A DNA stretch of 64,000 nucleotides. Origin: an uncultured Candidatus Saccharibacteria bacterium. GTDB lineage: Bacteria; Patescibacteriota; Minisyncoccia; Phycocordibacterales; Phycocordibacteraceae. The position numbers and the translations under genes were made by a program. The DNA lies in NCBI GenBank assembly GCA_964371445.1, contig CAYJLK010000003.1, positions 1,108-65,107 of the forward strand, given 5' to 3'. Each line of letters starts with the position of its first letter. The stretch's first letter is position 1. Below, piece by piece: positions 18,741 through 27,482 of this stretch. The notes beneath the pieces are model-generated. The model made no database searches, was not told the DNA's origin, and was given only the letters and a program-made list of their open reading frames with translations.

Positions 18741-19298
18741 CTATGCGGGGACGCTCTCGGCTTCTTCTTTAATAACGTCAGCGGCGGCGGCTCGGAGCTC
18801 TTCGGCGCGCGGGAGCTCCTCGACACTCCTCACACCCAGATGCGCAAGCGCTTCGGTCGTCACGCTGTAACGGATACGGCGCTTGTCAGACGGGTCTTCC
18901 CTGCCCTCGATGAGTCCGCGCATAAGCAGAGTACGCAGAGAGGTGGAGGAGTTCACGCCGCGCACCCAATCAATCTCGCCGCGCGTTGCGCCAGTCTGGT
19001 AGGCGACGGCGGCAAGCGTCTCGAGACTCGCTTTCCCAAGGTCGCGCGCGAGCTCGCTCTCCCGGAGCTTTTTCACCAGAATAGCGGCTTCTGGAGCGGT
19101 GCGGAGCTCTACGTCGGTGTCAGTCTCTATGAGCGCGACGCCGCTCCCCCTCAGCAGACCGTCCAGCGCTTTGAGCACCACGACAAGCTCGGTGTCCTTC
19201 ATATCAAGAAGCTTCGCAAGCTGCTTCTTTGGGAGCGGTTCGCCGGAGGCGAAGAGGAGGGCGTGGGCGGCGGCAGGCGGCGTGAGCATTACGCCCAT
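18741..19298 (-). CDS. scpB: Segregation and condensation protein B
   Basis: Winged-helix tandem; LLFASGEPLPKKQLAKLL start typical of ScpB. Confidence 0.8.
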   Translation of the reverse strand: MGVMLTPPAAAHALLFASGEPLPKKQLAKLLDMKDTELVVVLKALDGLLRGSGVALIETDTDVELRTAPEAAILVKKLRESELARDLGKASLETLAAVAYQTGATRGEIDWVRGVNSSTSLRTLLMRGLIEGREDPSDKRRIRYSVTTEALAHLGVRSVEELPRAEELRAAAADVIKEEAESVPA

Positions 19299-19377
19299 TG
19301 TAGCTGTGGAGACCGGTCACGGCAACGTCCGCGCTTGGGGATGATTGCTCCAAACGGGCGTATGCGGACTTTGGCCG

Positions 19378-19776
19378 TTATGGAGAGAAGAAATCGCGGT
19401 GGCGACGGCGGTACGCGAGCCAGCCAGAGATGTTCGTGAACAGATAGAGCGCGAAGATAGCTGTCGCGACGACAAGCAGATCTTCGTTTTGGAACGAGTA
19501 CGTGCGCAGCACATAGGAGGTGAGGACATAAGCACAAATCGGCAGGATAACGTCGAGCAAACTGTTCTGGACGGTTTCTTTAATGTCGACGAACTTTTCA
19601 TACATCTCCCATGCAAGAGCGAGTATGAGTGTCAGCGCGAGTGCCGCGAGAAGCGACATGCCGGTGAAGGGTGGGAGAAACGCCATAAGCACGCCGAAGA
19701 GGAAATGTGGAATCGACCAGAGGTCGAACGCCTTTCCCTTCTGCCACCAGTCGCGTTTTATTTTTTTCTCGTTCAT
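19378..19776 (-). CDS. Hypothetical membrane protein
   Basis: Four hydrophobic helices; start at ATG 19776 (MNEKK). Confidence 0.45.
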   Translation of the reverse strand: MNEKKIKRDWWQKGKAFDLWSIPHFLFGVLMAFLPPFTGMSLLAALALTLILALAWEMYEKFVDIKETVQNSLLDVILPICAYVLTSYVLRTYSFQNEDLLVVATAIFALYLFTNISGWLAYRRRHRDFFSP

Positions 19777-19861
19777 ACGGTTATTAACGAAAGAGGTCGT
19801 CGTTTTTATGTTTGGAGACTCGCGCATATGCCTTTCTAACTGTCAATACATTGTCACTACG

Positions 19862-20560
19862 TTAAGGCAGGACAAACGTTTCTACACGTACCCGGTCGTT
19901 ATGAGGTGCTTCAGGATTGTCTTTGAATATTGAAACGGAAACGGTTCCCTTAGAATCGTCGATTGCACCCTCAAGAAGTGGGCCATTAAAGAGGTCGGCG
20001 TCCTGTTGTGCATATGTTTCGGAACTAATCAGCTTAGATCCTTCAATGGGTTGAAAATCGTCCGCGCCTTTCTTATACACGACGAGTTGTTCCTCTCCGG
20101 TCGATTCAGCTCCCGGGTATGTCAAGACAGGTTCCATAGCCACGATATAGGTCTCGTTCTGAATATAATTACCAGCCTGCATATACATATCAGCGTATGT
20201 ATTTCTTGTAGACAAGGTATCTACATCCGCAATATCAAGATTGTAACCCTGAGTTAGTGGAAACTCATAGAGTACAACATTATCATCGTAATAACGGAGT
20301 GCCGGTACTACATTTGCATATACTCCTCCAGCGTACTGAGAGCGTAATTTTTGTTGCAATCGGTCCAGGAGGTCTTTTTCGTATGGTGTTTGCGGCTGGT
20401 ATCCATGTGGAAGGATTTCCCCGAGACCAGAAATGTCGCCCCCCGATGGGTGATTTGCTGGTTGTGGTTGAACGTACAGATACATCCCGCCGCCAATGAG
20501 GAGAACGGCAGTGAGAATGAGGAGCAGAGGTGCAATGAATCCTTTTTGTGATGTGTTCAT
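19862..20560 (-). CDS. Hypothetical exported/anchored protein in an AT-richer patch
   Basis: N-terminal TM or signal (FIAPLLLILTAVLLIGGGMYLY); no homology recognised. Local GC is clearly lower than the flanks. Confidence 0.5.
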   Translation of the reverse strand: MNTSQKGFIAPLLLILTAVLLIGGGMYLYVQPQPANHPSGGDISGLGEILPHGYQPQTPYEKDLLDRLQQKLRSQYAGGVYANVVPALRYYDDNVVLYEFPLTQGYNLDIADVDTLSTRNTYADMYMQAGNYIQNETYIVAMEPVLTYPGAESTGEEQLVVYKKGADDFQPIEGSKLISSETYAQQDADLFNGPLLEGAIDDSKGTVSVSIFKDNPEAPHNDRVRVETFVLP

Positions 20561-20573
20561 TAACAGAAGTATA

Positions 20574-21296
20574 TCACCCGTAGTGCGGGACGGCGGCAGA
20601 GGCGGTGTGGCTGATGCGGATGTCGCCGTGCCGGTCGAACTGCTCGGCCGCGACGGCGCCCTGCTTCACGAGCTCGAGGAGCGCGAGGAAGGAGACGATG
20701 ACTTCTATCTTTTCTCTCGTGCCGCCATGGAAGTCTTTAAAGGAGAGCGTCATCGCGCTTTGGACGCGCTTCGCGAGCTGGTCCATCATCTCTTCTATCG
20801 TGACCAAGGGCTTCACGCGGGCTTCAGGAAGCTCTTCTACCTCTTCGCGGGCGGCAAGCACGCGCGCCATTGCTTCAGCAAGTGCGGTAGCGGAGAGGTC
20901 GCGCGACGGAGCGAACACGACTTCGGGCGCACGCTCCCCCGCTGGCACCATGACCGTCCGCCCATAGAGGCGTGAGAGTTCGCGTGCGGCGTCGCGCACC
21001 TTTTCATATGCCGCGAGCCGCCGTTTCAGATCTTCGACATCCGCTGTTTCTTCTTCGGAGAGCGTGAGGTCGGGGATGAGCGATTTCGACTTGATGAGAA
21101 GCAGGGTCGCCGCTATCTGGATGAACTGCGCCGTCTCTTCGACCGGGAAGGCGGTCTGAGCGCGCACATGCTGGATGAAATCTTCGGTGATGTTCGCGAG
21201 CGTGAGGTCGTTGACGAGAAGCTTCCGCGCTTCGATAAGGTCGAGGAGTACTTCGAACGGCCCTTCATATGAATCTGTTTTTATAGAAAACGTCAT
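20574..21296 (-). CDS. scpA: Segregation and condensation protein A
   Basis: FEGPFEVLLDLIEARKL N-terminus typical of ScpA. Confidence 0.8.
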   Translation of the reverse strand: MTFSIKTDSYEGPFEVLLDLIEARKLLVNDLTLANITEDFIQHVRAQTAFPVEETAQFIQIAATLLLIKSKSLIPDLTLSEEETADVEDLKRRLAAYEKVRDAARELSRLYGRTVMVPAGERAPEVVFAPSRDLSATALAEAMARVLAAREEVEELPEARVKPLVTIEEMMDQLAKRVQSAMTLSFKDFHGGTREKIEVIVSFLALLELVKQGAVAAEQFDRHGDIRISHTASAAVPHYG

Positions 21297-21321
21297 GGTT
21301 TTTTACCCCGTAGCCAAAACG

Positions 21322-22749
21322 TCATCGTTTTGTGGTATGGGGCCATTGTTCGATGAAGCGCAGGAGGAGCCGCACCGGCGTTCCTGCCGCACCCTTTGCG
21401 AGCTCGTCGCCAGGCGCCGAAGTCATCCGAGGAGCGATGTCGAGATGCGCCCACGGGCAGTCGAGCTCCTTGGCGAACTGCCAGAGGAACATGCCCCCGT
21501 CTATCGCACCGCCGAGACGACTCGTTGAACCGCCCGGTACGTTCTTAAGGTCGGCAAAGGTACCCTTTACCCGAGTCTCGTATTCGTCCCAGAGCGGGAG
21601 TCGCCAGGCGTAGTCGCCCGAGGCTTCCGCATCGCGAGAAATCCTCTCGGCAAGCGCGTCGTCGCGAGTGAGGACGGCGCTCGCATGCTCACCGAGCGCA
21701 ACCATCGCCGCGCCGGTCAAGGTCGCGATGTCGATGACCACTGCGGGCTTAAAGCGTTTCGCATAGGTGAGCGCGTCGGCGAGAATGAGGCGACCTTCCG
21801 CGTCGGTGTCGAGCACCTCGATGGTCTTTCCGGAAAGCGATTTCAGTATGTCGCCGGGGCGGAGCGCATTGTTGCCGGGCATATTCTCAACTGCGGGTAT
21901 GAGGCCGACAACCGGAGTCTTCAGCTTCAAGCGCGCGGCAAGCGCCACTGCGTGGATGACCGCAGAGGCGCCCGACATATCCATATGCATCTCGTAGATG
22001 CCGCTCGAGGGTTTGAGATTGAGCCCGCCGCTGTCGAAGGTGACGCCCTTCCCGGCAAGGACAATTGGCTTTCCTCCCTTCCCTTTGTACTCGAGGATAG
22101 TAAACGTCGGCGCCTCGCTCGAACCTTTCGCCACACCGAGAAGCGCGCCCATGCCAAGTTTCTTTATTTCTCTTGCACCGAGCACTGTCACCTTTACCGG
22201 CAGACCTTTCACCGCAGACTTCGCCGCGGCGGCGAGAAGTGTCGGGGTCATATCGCCTCCGGGCGTGTTCGCGAGCGTGCGGCACGCATTCACCGCCTGC
22301 CCTATCAGTTGGCCTTTCCGCACGGCTTTTTCTCGTGCAGGAGAAGATGCTCCGCAGAGCAGTATGTCTTCGACGGCATCCCATCCCTCTTTCGGTTTCG
22401 TCTTGAAATGGTTGAATTCGAAGTTCGCCATCTCGAAGTTCTCTGTAACGAGCTGTGAGAGTTCCTCTGGACTGATACCCTGCAAGTTTTTAAAAAGTCC
22501 CAATATCGAATCGAGCGGGAGCGCGATCTTCTTGCAGGTGTTCACCTTTGCTGCCGCGACGATAGCACGGCACAGCACACGGAACTTCCGCAGATTCATT
22601 TCCTCCGATGTGCCGACACCGAGCTCGAGTGTCTCGATGCCTTTTTCCTTCACGAAACGTTTTGTACCTTTCTTTTTCGATGTCAGACTGATGCGCACAT
22701 ACTCCTTTGATGCTTGGGTGACGTCTCCTTTTTTGAAAGTGATGTTCAT
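21322..22749 (-). CDS. pepA: Leucyl aminopeptidase (M17)
   Basis: NTDAEGRL signature plus metal ligands. Confidence 0.9.
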   Translation of the reverse strand: MNITFKKGDVTQASKEYVRISLTSKKKGTKRFVKEKGIETLELGVGTSEEMNLRKFRVLCRAIVAAAKVNTCKKIALPLDSILGLFKNLQGISPEELSQLVTENFEMANFEFNHFKTKPKEGWDAVEDILLCGASSPAREKAVRKGQLIGQAVNACRTLANTPGGDMTPTLLAAAAKSAVKGLPVKVTVLGAREIKKLGMGALLGVAKGSSEAPTFTILEYKGKGGKPIVLAGKGVTFDSGGLNLKPSSGIYEMHMDMSGASAVIHAVALAARLKLKTPVVGLIPAVENMPGNNALRPGDILKSLSGKTIEVLDTDAEGRLILADALTYAKRFKPAVVIDIATLTGAAMVALGEHASAVLTRDDALAERISRDAEASGDYAWRLPLWDEYETRVKGTFADLKNVPGGSTSRLGGAIDGGMFLWQFAKELDCPWAHLDIAPRMTSAPGDELAKGAAGTPVRLLLRFIEQWPHTTKR

Positions 22750-22752
22750 CGC

Positions 22753-24141
22753 TTATTTTTTGTCGATTTTGAGACCAAGTTCTTTGAGCTGTTTGTCGGT
22801 CAAAGGTTTCGGCGCATTCATCACCGCAGTCTGTCCACCGCGTGTCATGGGAAATGCCTGCACCTCCCGAAGCATCGTCTCGCCGGTGAGATTCATAATA
22901 TTGCGCTCTACGCCGAGCGCGATGCCGCCGTGCGGCGGCGTGCCGTGGCGAAATGCTTTCAGCATATGGCCGATGCGTTCCTCAAGGTCTTCCTGCGAGA
23001 ATCCCATAACGCGATACACCGCTTCAAGAATTTCTGGTTTGTGGGCGCGAATGGAACCGCCCCCTGATTCAAACCCGTTGCAGACGAGGTCGTACTGCGT
23101 GGTAAGGATTTCATCAATATGTTCGCCTTTCAGGAGCCATTCCAGGTGTTCGGGAATCGGCATCGAGAACGGATTGTGGGTAAAGGTCCAACCGCCCTCG
23201 TCTGTCTTTTCGAAGAATGGGAAATTCACCACCCACGCATAGGCGAGAACACCCTTCTCTTTATCCTCGTCGGTACGCATGTCGAATTTATCGGCCCCGT
23301 ATTTCTCCATTGCTTCTTTGTAGGAGATGCGCGGAAATGGCTTTTGCTTAATGGTGTGCCCCATCGCTTCTACGACGGTCGTCACCATGTCTTCGACAGC
23401 CGCCATCACCTCTTCCATAGTCACGAATGACATTTCAATGTCGACCTGTGTGTGCTCGAAGCCGCGGTCGGCACGAAGGTCTTCGTCGCGCACCGCGCGC
23501 GCGATCTGGAAATAGCGTTCAAAGCCGGCAGTCATGAGAAGCTGTTTGTACTGCTGAGGTGACTGCGGAAGCGCGTAAAACTTTCCCGGGTTGAGACGTG
23601 ACGGTACGACGAAATCACGCGAACCTTCGGGCGTTGATTCGGTGAGGAGTGGCGTTTCGATTTCGGTAAAATCGTGTGAAAAAAGGTATTCGCGGCATCG
23701 GCGGATGAATTCACTCCTGACCTTCATATTCTTCTGCATACGCGTGGAGCGAAGGTCGAGATAGCGGTACTCGGCGCGAACGCTCTCGTCGATGCCGCTT
23801 GTATCATTGCTAATATCGAACGGCAGTGCGTCTGACGGATTCAAAATCTCCAGAGCTTTTACTTCCAGCTCGATATCGCCATTTTGACGGTCGGCCTGGG
23901 CGTTTTTCTCTGGTCGCTTGTTCACGATACCTTCCGCACGAACGACATATTCATTCCGAATATCTTTTGCAATGTCCATTGCGAGACTCCCCGGGAGCAC
24001 AACGCCCTGCACGAGTCCGGAACGGTCGCGGAAATCAAAAAAGACCATTTTCCCTTGGTCGCGACGGACATCCACCCAGCCGGATATAGAAACTGTCTCG
24101 CCTACGTGTTTGCCTAGCTCCCCGATAAGCGTTCGCTCCAT
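22753..24141 (-). CDS. aspS: Aspartyl-tRNA synthetase, short form without GAD insertion domain
   Basis: OB-fold N-terminus; class II motif 2 FQIARAVRDEDLRADRGFEHTQ. 462 aa from ATG 24141; the upstream ATG at 24189 would include the terminator hairpin. Confidence 0.85.
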   Translation of the reverse strand: MERTLIGELGKHVGETVSISGWVDVRRDQGKMVFFDFRDRSGLVQGVVLPGSLAMDIAKDIRNEYVVRAEGIVNKRPEKNAQADRQNGDIELEVKALEILNPSDALPFDISNDTSGIDESVRAEYRYLDLRSTRMQKNMKVRSEFIRRCREYLFSHDFTEIETPLLTESTPEGSRDFVVPSRLNPGKFYALPQSPQQYKQLLMTAGFERYFQIARAVRDEDLRADRGFEHTQVDIEMSFVTMEEVMAAVEDMVTTVVEAMGHTIKQKPFPRISYKEAMEKYGADKFDMRTDEDKEKGVLAYAWVVNFPFFEKTDEGGWTFTHNPFSMPIPEHLEWLLKGEHIDEILTTQYDLVCNGFESGGGSIRAHKPEILEAVYRVMGFSQEDLEERIGHMLKAFRHGTPPHGGIALGVERNIMNLTGETMLREVQAFPMTRGGQTAVMNAPKPLTDKQLKELGLKIDKK

Positions 24142-24160
24142 ATACCCTATAAAATACCAC

Positions 24161-24186
24161 ACCCCGCGACAAAAATCGTCGCGGGG
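24161..24186 (-). terminator. Hairpin terminator after dipeptidase gene
   Basis: CCCCGCGAC-N7-GTCGCGGGG followed on the minus strand by a TGTGGTATTTTA T-rich tract. Confidence 0.4.
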
Positions 24187-24210
24187 CATTTGTTACTGTC
24201 TGCAGGCCTT

Positions 24211-25239
24211 CTATACCTGCGGTAAAGAACGGGAAAGGAACTCTTTGAAGTTTTGACCGAGGATGTTCGGGTCGAGCACAAGCGTATTGCCCTTTTGGAG
24301 TTTCGACTTGATGACCGGGAACATCGTGCTGCCGTGCTCGATAAGGTCTTGCGGTCGGTCGGGAAAGTATTCCCCGAACGAACCATCGGTTTTGAGCATC
24401 CGGGTCATGCTGACGTAATGCTCCTTCGCTTGCTCCATCGTCATGTCGAGATGATTGCAGTCCGACCCGATGCCGACCTTCCCCTTGCCCATCACGCTAA
24501 GCGCGTGAGTGACGTGTCGGGAAAACTCGATAAAAGGGACGGAATCCTTTCGGCCAAGAAAGAACGTAATGAGCGGTATACCGCAATACCCGTCCAGCTC
24601 CGCAACGTCCTTCAAGAGGTCGTTCGGCACGTTGCGCGGATGCTCGTATATCGAGAAGCATCCCGAGTGACTCAGCATCGGCTTCATCGGCAGACGTTCC
24701 TGCGCGATAAAACGTAGCGCGCCGCGGGCAGTCGAGTGTCCGGCGTGCGAGAGGTCGAGAATAATGCCGATTTTGGCCATCCACTCGATCAGACGTTCGC
24801 CGCGACCCTTCAGCCTGCCGCCGCTCTTGAAGCCGCCCCCGTACTCGGTATCACCGTCATAGGCAATCGCCATCGTGCGAACTCCCGCCGTAAATAGCGT
24901 GTGGAGATCCGCATAGGTGATAGCTGCGGGAGTGCGTTGCAGACCGAACAGCAGACCCATGTGGACGGTGCTAATCCCGTCCAGGTCTCCTGCGTTTAGA
25001 ATTGCCTTCACGTTCGGATTCGAAAGCGCGACTCGGGTAAAGATTTCATGCGCCTGAATCGCACCTTTGAAGTCCTTGATGAATGGCGGGACGCTCGTGA
25101 GATGCGCGAGCGCGAGCCTGGGTCGCGGGAGCCAGTTTTCTTGAGACTGGCTCTGGAGCTCCCCAAACTGCGGAAGCTGACCCTGTAGGCCGACAAAGGC
25201 CATTGAGTCAGCAAAAAATCCTTCCTTTGGAATGTTCAA
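24211..25239 (-). CDS. Membrane dipeptidase (peptidase M19)
   Basis: Renal-dipeptidase family metal-binding motifs (GKVGIGSDCNHL, HxD regions). Confidence 0.8.
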   Translation of the reverse strand: MNIPKEGFFADSMAFVGLQGQLPQFGELQSQSQENWLPRPRLALAHLTSVPPFIKDFKGAIQAHEIFTRVALSNPNVKAILNAGDLDGISTVHMGLLFGLQRTPAAITYADLHTLFTAGVRTMAIAYDGDTEYGGGFKSGGRLKGRGERLIEWMAKIGIILDLSHAGHSTARGALRFIAQERLPMKPMLSHSGCFSIYEHPRNVPNDLLKDVAELDGYCGIPLITFFLGRKDSVPFIEFSRHVTHALSVMGKGKVGIGSDCNHLDMTMEQAKEHYVSMTRMLKTDGSFGEYFPDRPQDLIEHGSTMFPVIKSKLQKGNTLVLDPNILGQNFKEFLSRSLPQV

Positions 25240-25318
25240 TTCAAACCTCCTTTGATGCGTTTGAGATCCCGGAAACCGGGCTAACCACTAGAGTAGCAGA
25301 TTATTATGAAAAGTCAAT

Positions 25319-26278
25319 CTATGCAACGCCGATAGCGGCGCGTACCTGCTCCATCTTCGCTTCGCTTATGGCGCGAGCTTCCTGTTTCCCCCGCACGAGG
25401 ATGTCGTCCACGATACTTGAGTCGCTCTTGAGCTCTTCATATTTTGTGCGCATCGGCGCGAGGTAGCGGTCGAGGTCCTCGATGAGCGTCTCCTTGAGCG
25501 CCTTATAGTTGCCGCGGTGTTCCTCATAGAGCGCGTTCAAGGTCACTTCGCTCCGGAAGAGCCGATGGATGCGGAAGACATTCTCGGGACGATCACCTGA
25601 AGAATCAGTGACGATGCTCATCACCGCCTTCGCGAGTTCTTCGCGCGTGCCGAAGAGCGGGATGACATTGCCGTAGCTCTTGCTCATCTTCTGTCCGTCG
25701 GTGCCGGGGACCACCGCAACCTCCGGCATAATGAAGGGCTCTGGGAGGTTGAACACCGCAGTCTTGAAGACACGGTTGAACTTCTCTGCAGTATCGCGCG
25801 CTATCTCGATATGCTGTTTCTGGTCAGCGCCAACCGGCACAATGGCGGCGTCGTAGAGCAAGATGTCGGCGGACATTAGCATCGGGTAGTTGAAGGTCCC
25901 GACGTTTATCTCTTTATTCTTCGCTTCTGCGTCTTTGAAGGCGTGTGCGCGCTGGAGGTACGGCATCGTGGTGATAGTGTCGAATATCCATGCAAGCTCG
26001 GTGTGGGAGGGCACGTCTGACTGTTTGAAGAAGACGACATCGTCTGGATTGAGGCCGATGGCGAGATACGCCATGACAATCTCGCGGATGCGCCGTTTCA
26101 TCTCCTCGGCGTCCTGCATCGTATTAAGAGCGTGGTAGTCGGCGACGAAGATGAAGGGACGGTACTTCCCTTCTTTGGTGAGCTCCACAAATTGACGCAT
26201 CGCGCCGAAGTAGTTGCCGATATGCAGGTCGCCGGTCGGCTTCACGCCGGAGACAAGGACAGGTTTCAAGTCAGTCAT
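25319..26278 (-). CDS. trpS: Tryptophanyl-tRNA synthetase
   Basis: VSGVKPTGDLHIGNYFGA and KMSKSYGN. Confidence 0.9.
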   Translation of the reverse strand: MTDLKPVLVSGVKPTGDLHIGNYFGAMRQFVELTKEGKYRPFIFVADYHALNTMQDAEEMKRRIREIVMAYLAIGLNPDDVVFFKQSDVPSHTELAWIFDTITTMPYLQRAHAFKDAEAKNKEINVGTFNYPMLMSADILLYDAAIVPVGADQKQHIEIARDTAEKFNRVFKTAVFNLPEPFIMPEVAVVPGTDGQKMSKSYGNVIPLFGTREELAKAVMSIVTDSSGDRPENVFRIHRLFRSEVTLNALYEEHRGNYKALKETLIEDLDRYLAPMRTKYEELKSDSSIVDDILVRGKQEARAISEAKMEQVRAAIGVA

Positions 26279-26290
26279 AAAGCTACGATA

Positions 26291-27349
26291 TCATGCGCCG
26301 CGCTCTTTGGCATATCGCTCGCAGATTTTGCGCACCAGGCCAGGACCCTCGAAGACCATCCCCGAGACGAGCTGGACGAGGTCGGCGCCGGCGGCAAACT
26401 TCGCCATCGCCTGGTCGGGAGTGAAGATGCCTCCCGTACCGATAATCGTGAACCGCTTCCCATACTTCGCCCGGGTCTTCTTGATAAGCTCGTTCCCGAG
26501 TGCGAAGGTGGGTGCGCCCGAGAGCCCGCCGCGGAACTCTTTCGGCGCATCTTCGGGGTAGGTTAAGTCATCGTAATTCTTATTCAAATTACCGATGATG
26601 ACGCCTTGTATCTTGTTCGTATCGGCGATATCGAGCATCTTTTCAAATTGTTCCCACGGGACGTTGATGGGCATCTTGAGATAGACCGGCTTTGTACAGG
26701 GTATCTCGCGCAGGCGCGGCAGAAGCTTCGCGAGGAGCTCGGGGTTGGTAAACGTCTCGCCGGTAAATGAGTTTGGGCAGGAAATGTTGATGGTGTAGTA
26801 GTCGCCGATGCCCTTCGCATTCAGCTTCTGGAATGATTCAACATAGTCGAAGATGCCGGCTTCAGTGTCAGCCGATGCGCTCTGTATATTGGTGCGCGCT
26901 ATCGAGATGCCAAGCACGAAATTTTGGACACGGCGTGTCCTAGATAGTTTTTTGATGAGCGCATTGACGCCACGGTTGCGGAGCCCTTTGTACACGACGA
27001 GGCTTTTATTGCGGATGAGGCGCGTCATCCGCGGGAGCGGATTGCCCTCGCAGGGGTGGGCGGTGACCGAACCGATTTCCTCTCCGCCGAAGGCGAGCGC
27101 GGGCAGTATCCGCGTGAGCCGTCCGTCCGCGTCGAAGCCGGCGGAGAGCAGGACGGGCGTGCGATACGTGATGCCGTCTACGGTTTTACTGATGTCGGGA
27201 CCTCGGTAGTTATATAAAAAGCTGAAGATTTTCCGCTTCAGCGCAAATCGTCCAGCTAGCTCGCCAAGCGTTATGAAGATCTCGTGCACCGTGTCCGGAC
27301 TCATCCTGAAGAGTATCGGCTTCAGTGCGCGACGATACAAAAAGTCCAT
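26291..27349 (-). CDS. pyrD: Dihydroorotate dehydrogenase (class 2, quinone)
   Basis: N-terminal membrane-association helix, FMN-binding TIM-barrel motifs, active-site Ser region. Confidence 0.9.
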   Translation of the reverse strand: MDFLYRRALKPILFRMSPDTVHEIFITLGELAGRFALKRKIFSFLYNYRGPDISKTVDGITYRTPVLLSAGFDADGRLTRILPALAFGGEEIGSVTAHPCEGNPLPRMTRLIRNKSLVVYKGLRNRGVNALIKKLSRTRRVQNFVLGISIARTNIQSASADTEAGIFDYVESFQKLNAKGIGDYYTINISCPNSFTGETFTNPELLAKLLPRLREIPCTKPVYLKMPINVPWEQFEKMLDIADTNKIQGVIIGNLNKNYDDLTYPEDAPKEFRGGLSGAPTFALGNELIKKTRAKYGKRFTIIGTGGIFTPDQAMAKFAAGADLVQLVSGMVFEGPGLVRKICERYAKERGA

Positions 27350-27392
27350 TGGCTGTACGATAACACGCGAAACTGATATAATCGCGCGTATT

Positions 27393-27479
27393 GCGTCGGT
27401 GGCGGAGTGGTCAATCGCAACAGGCTGTAAACCTGTCGGGCATAGCCCTACGAAGGTTCGAATCCTTCCCGGCGCACCA
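27393..27479 (+). tRNA. tRNA-Tyr (anticodon GTA), class II long variable arm, CCA encoded
   Basis: Hand-folded: 7-bp acceptor stem GCGTCGG/CCGGCGC, D arm GCGG..TCGC, anticodon stem ACAGG/CCTGT with loop CTGTAAA, 15-nt variable arm, T arm GAAGG-TTCGAAT-CCTTC, A73 then CCA. Confidence 0.85.
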
Positions 27480-27482
27480 AAC

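Noticed and set aside
24142-24189. Longer AspRS start at ATG 24189.
   Set aside because: It would place the CCCCGCGAC/GTCGCGGGG terminator hairpin inside the coding region. Homology to the AspRS OB-fold begins near ATG 24141.
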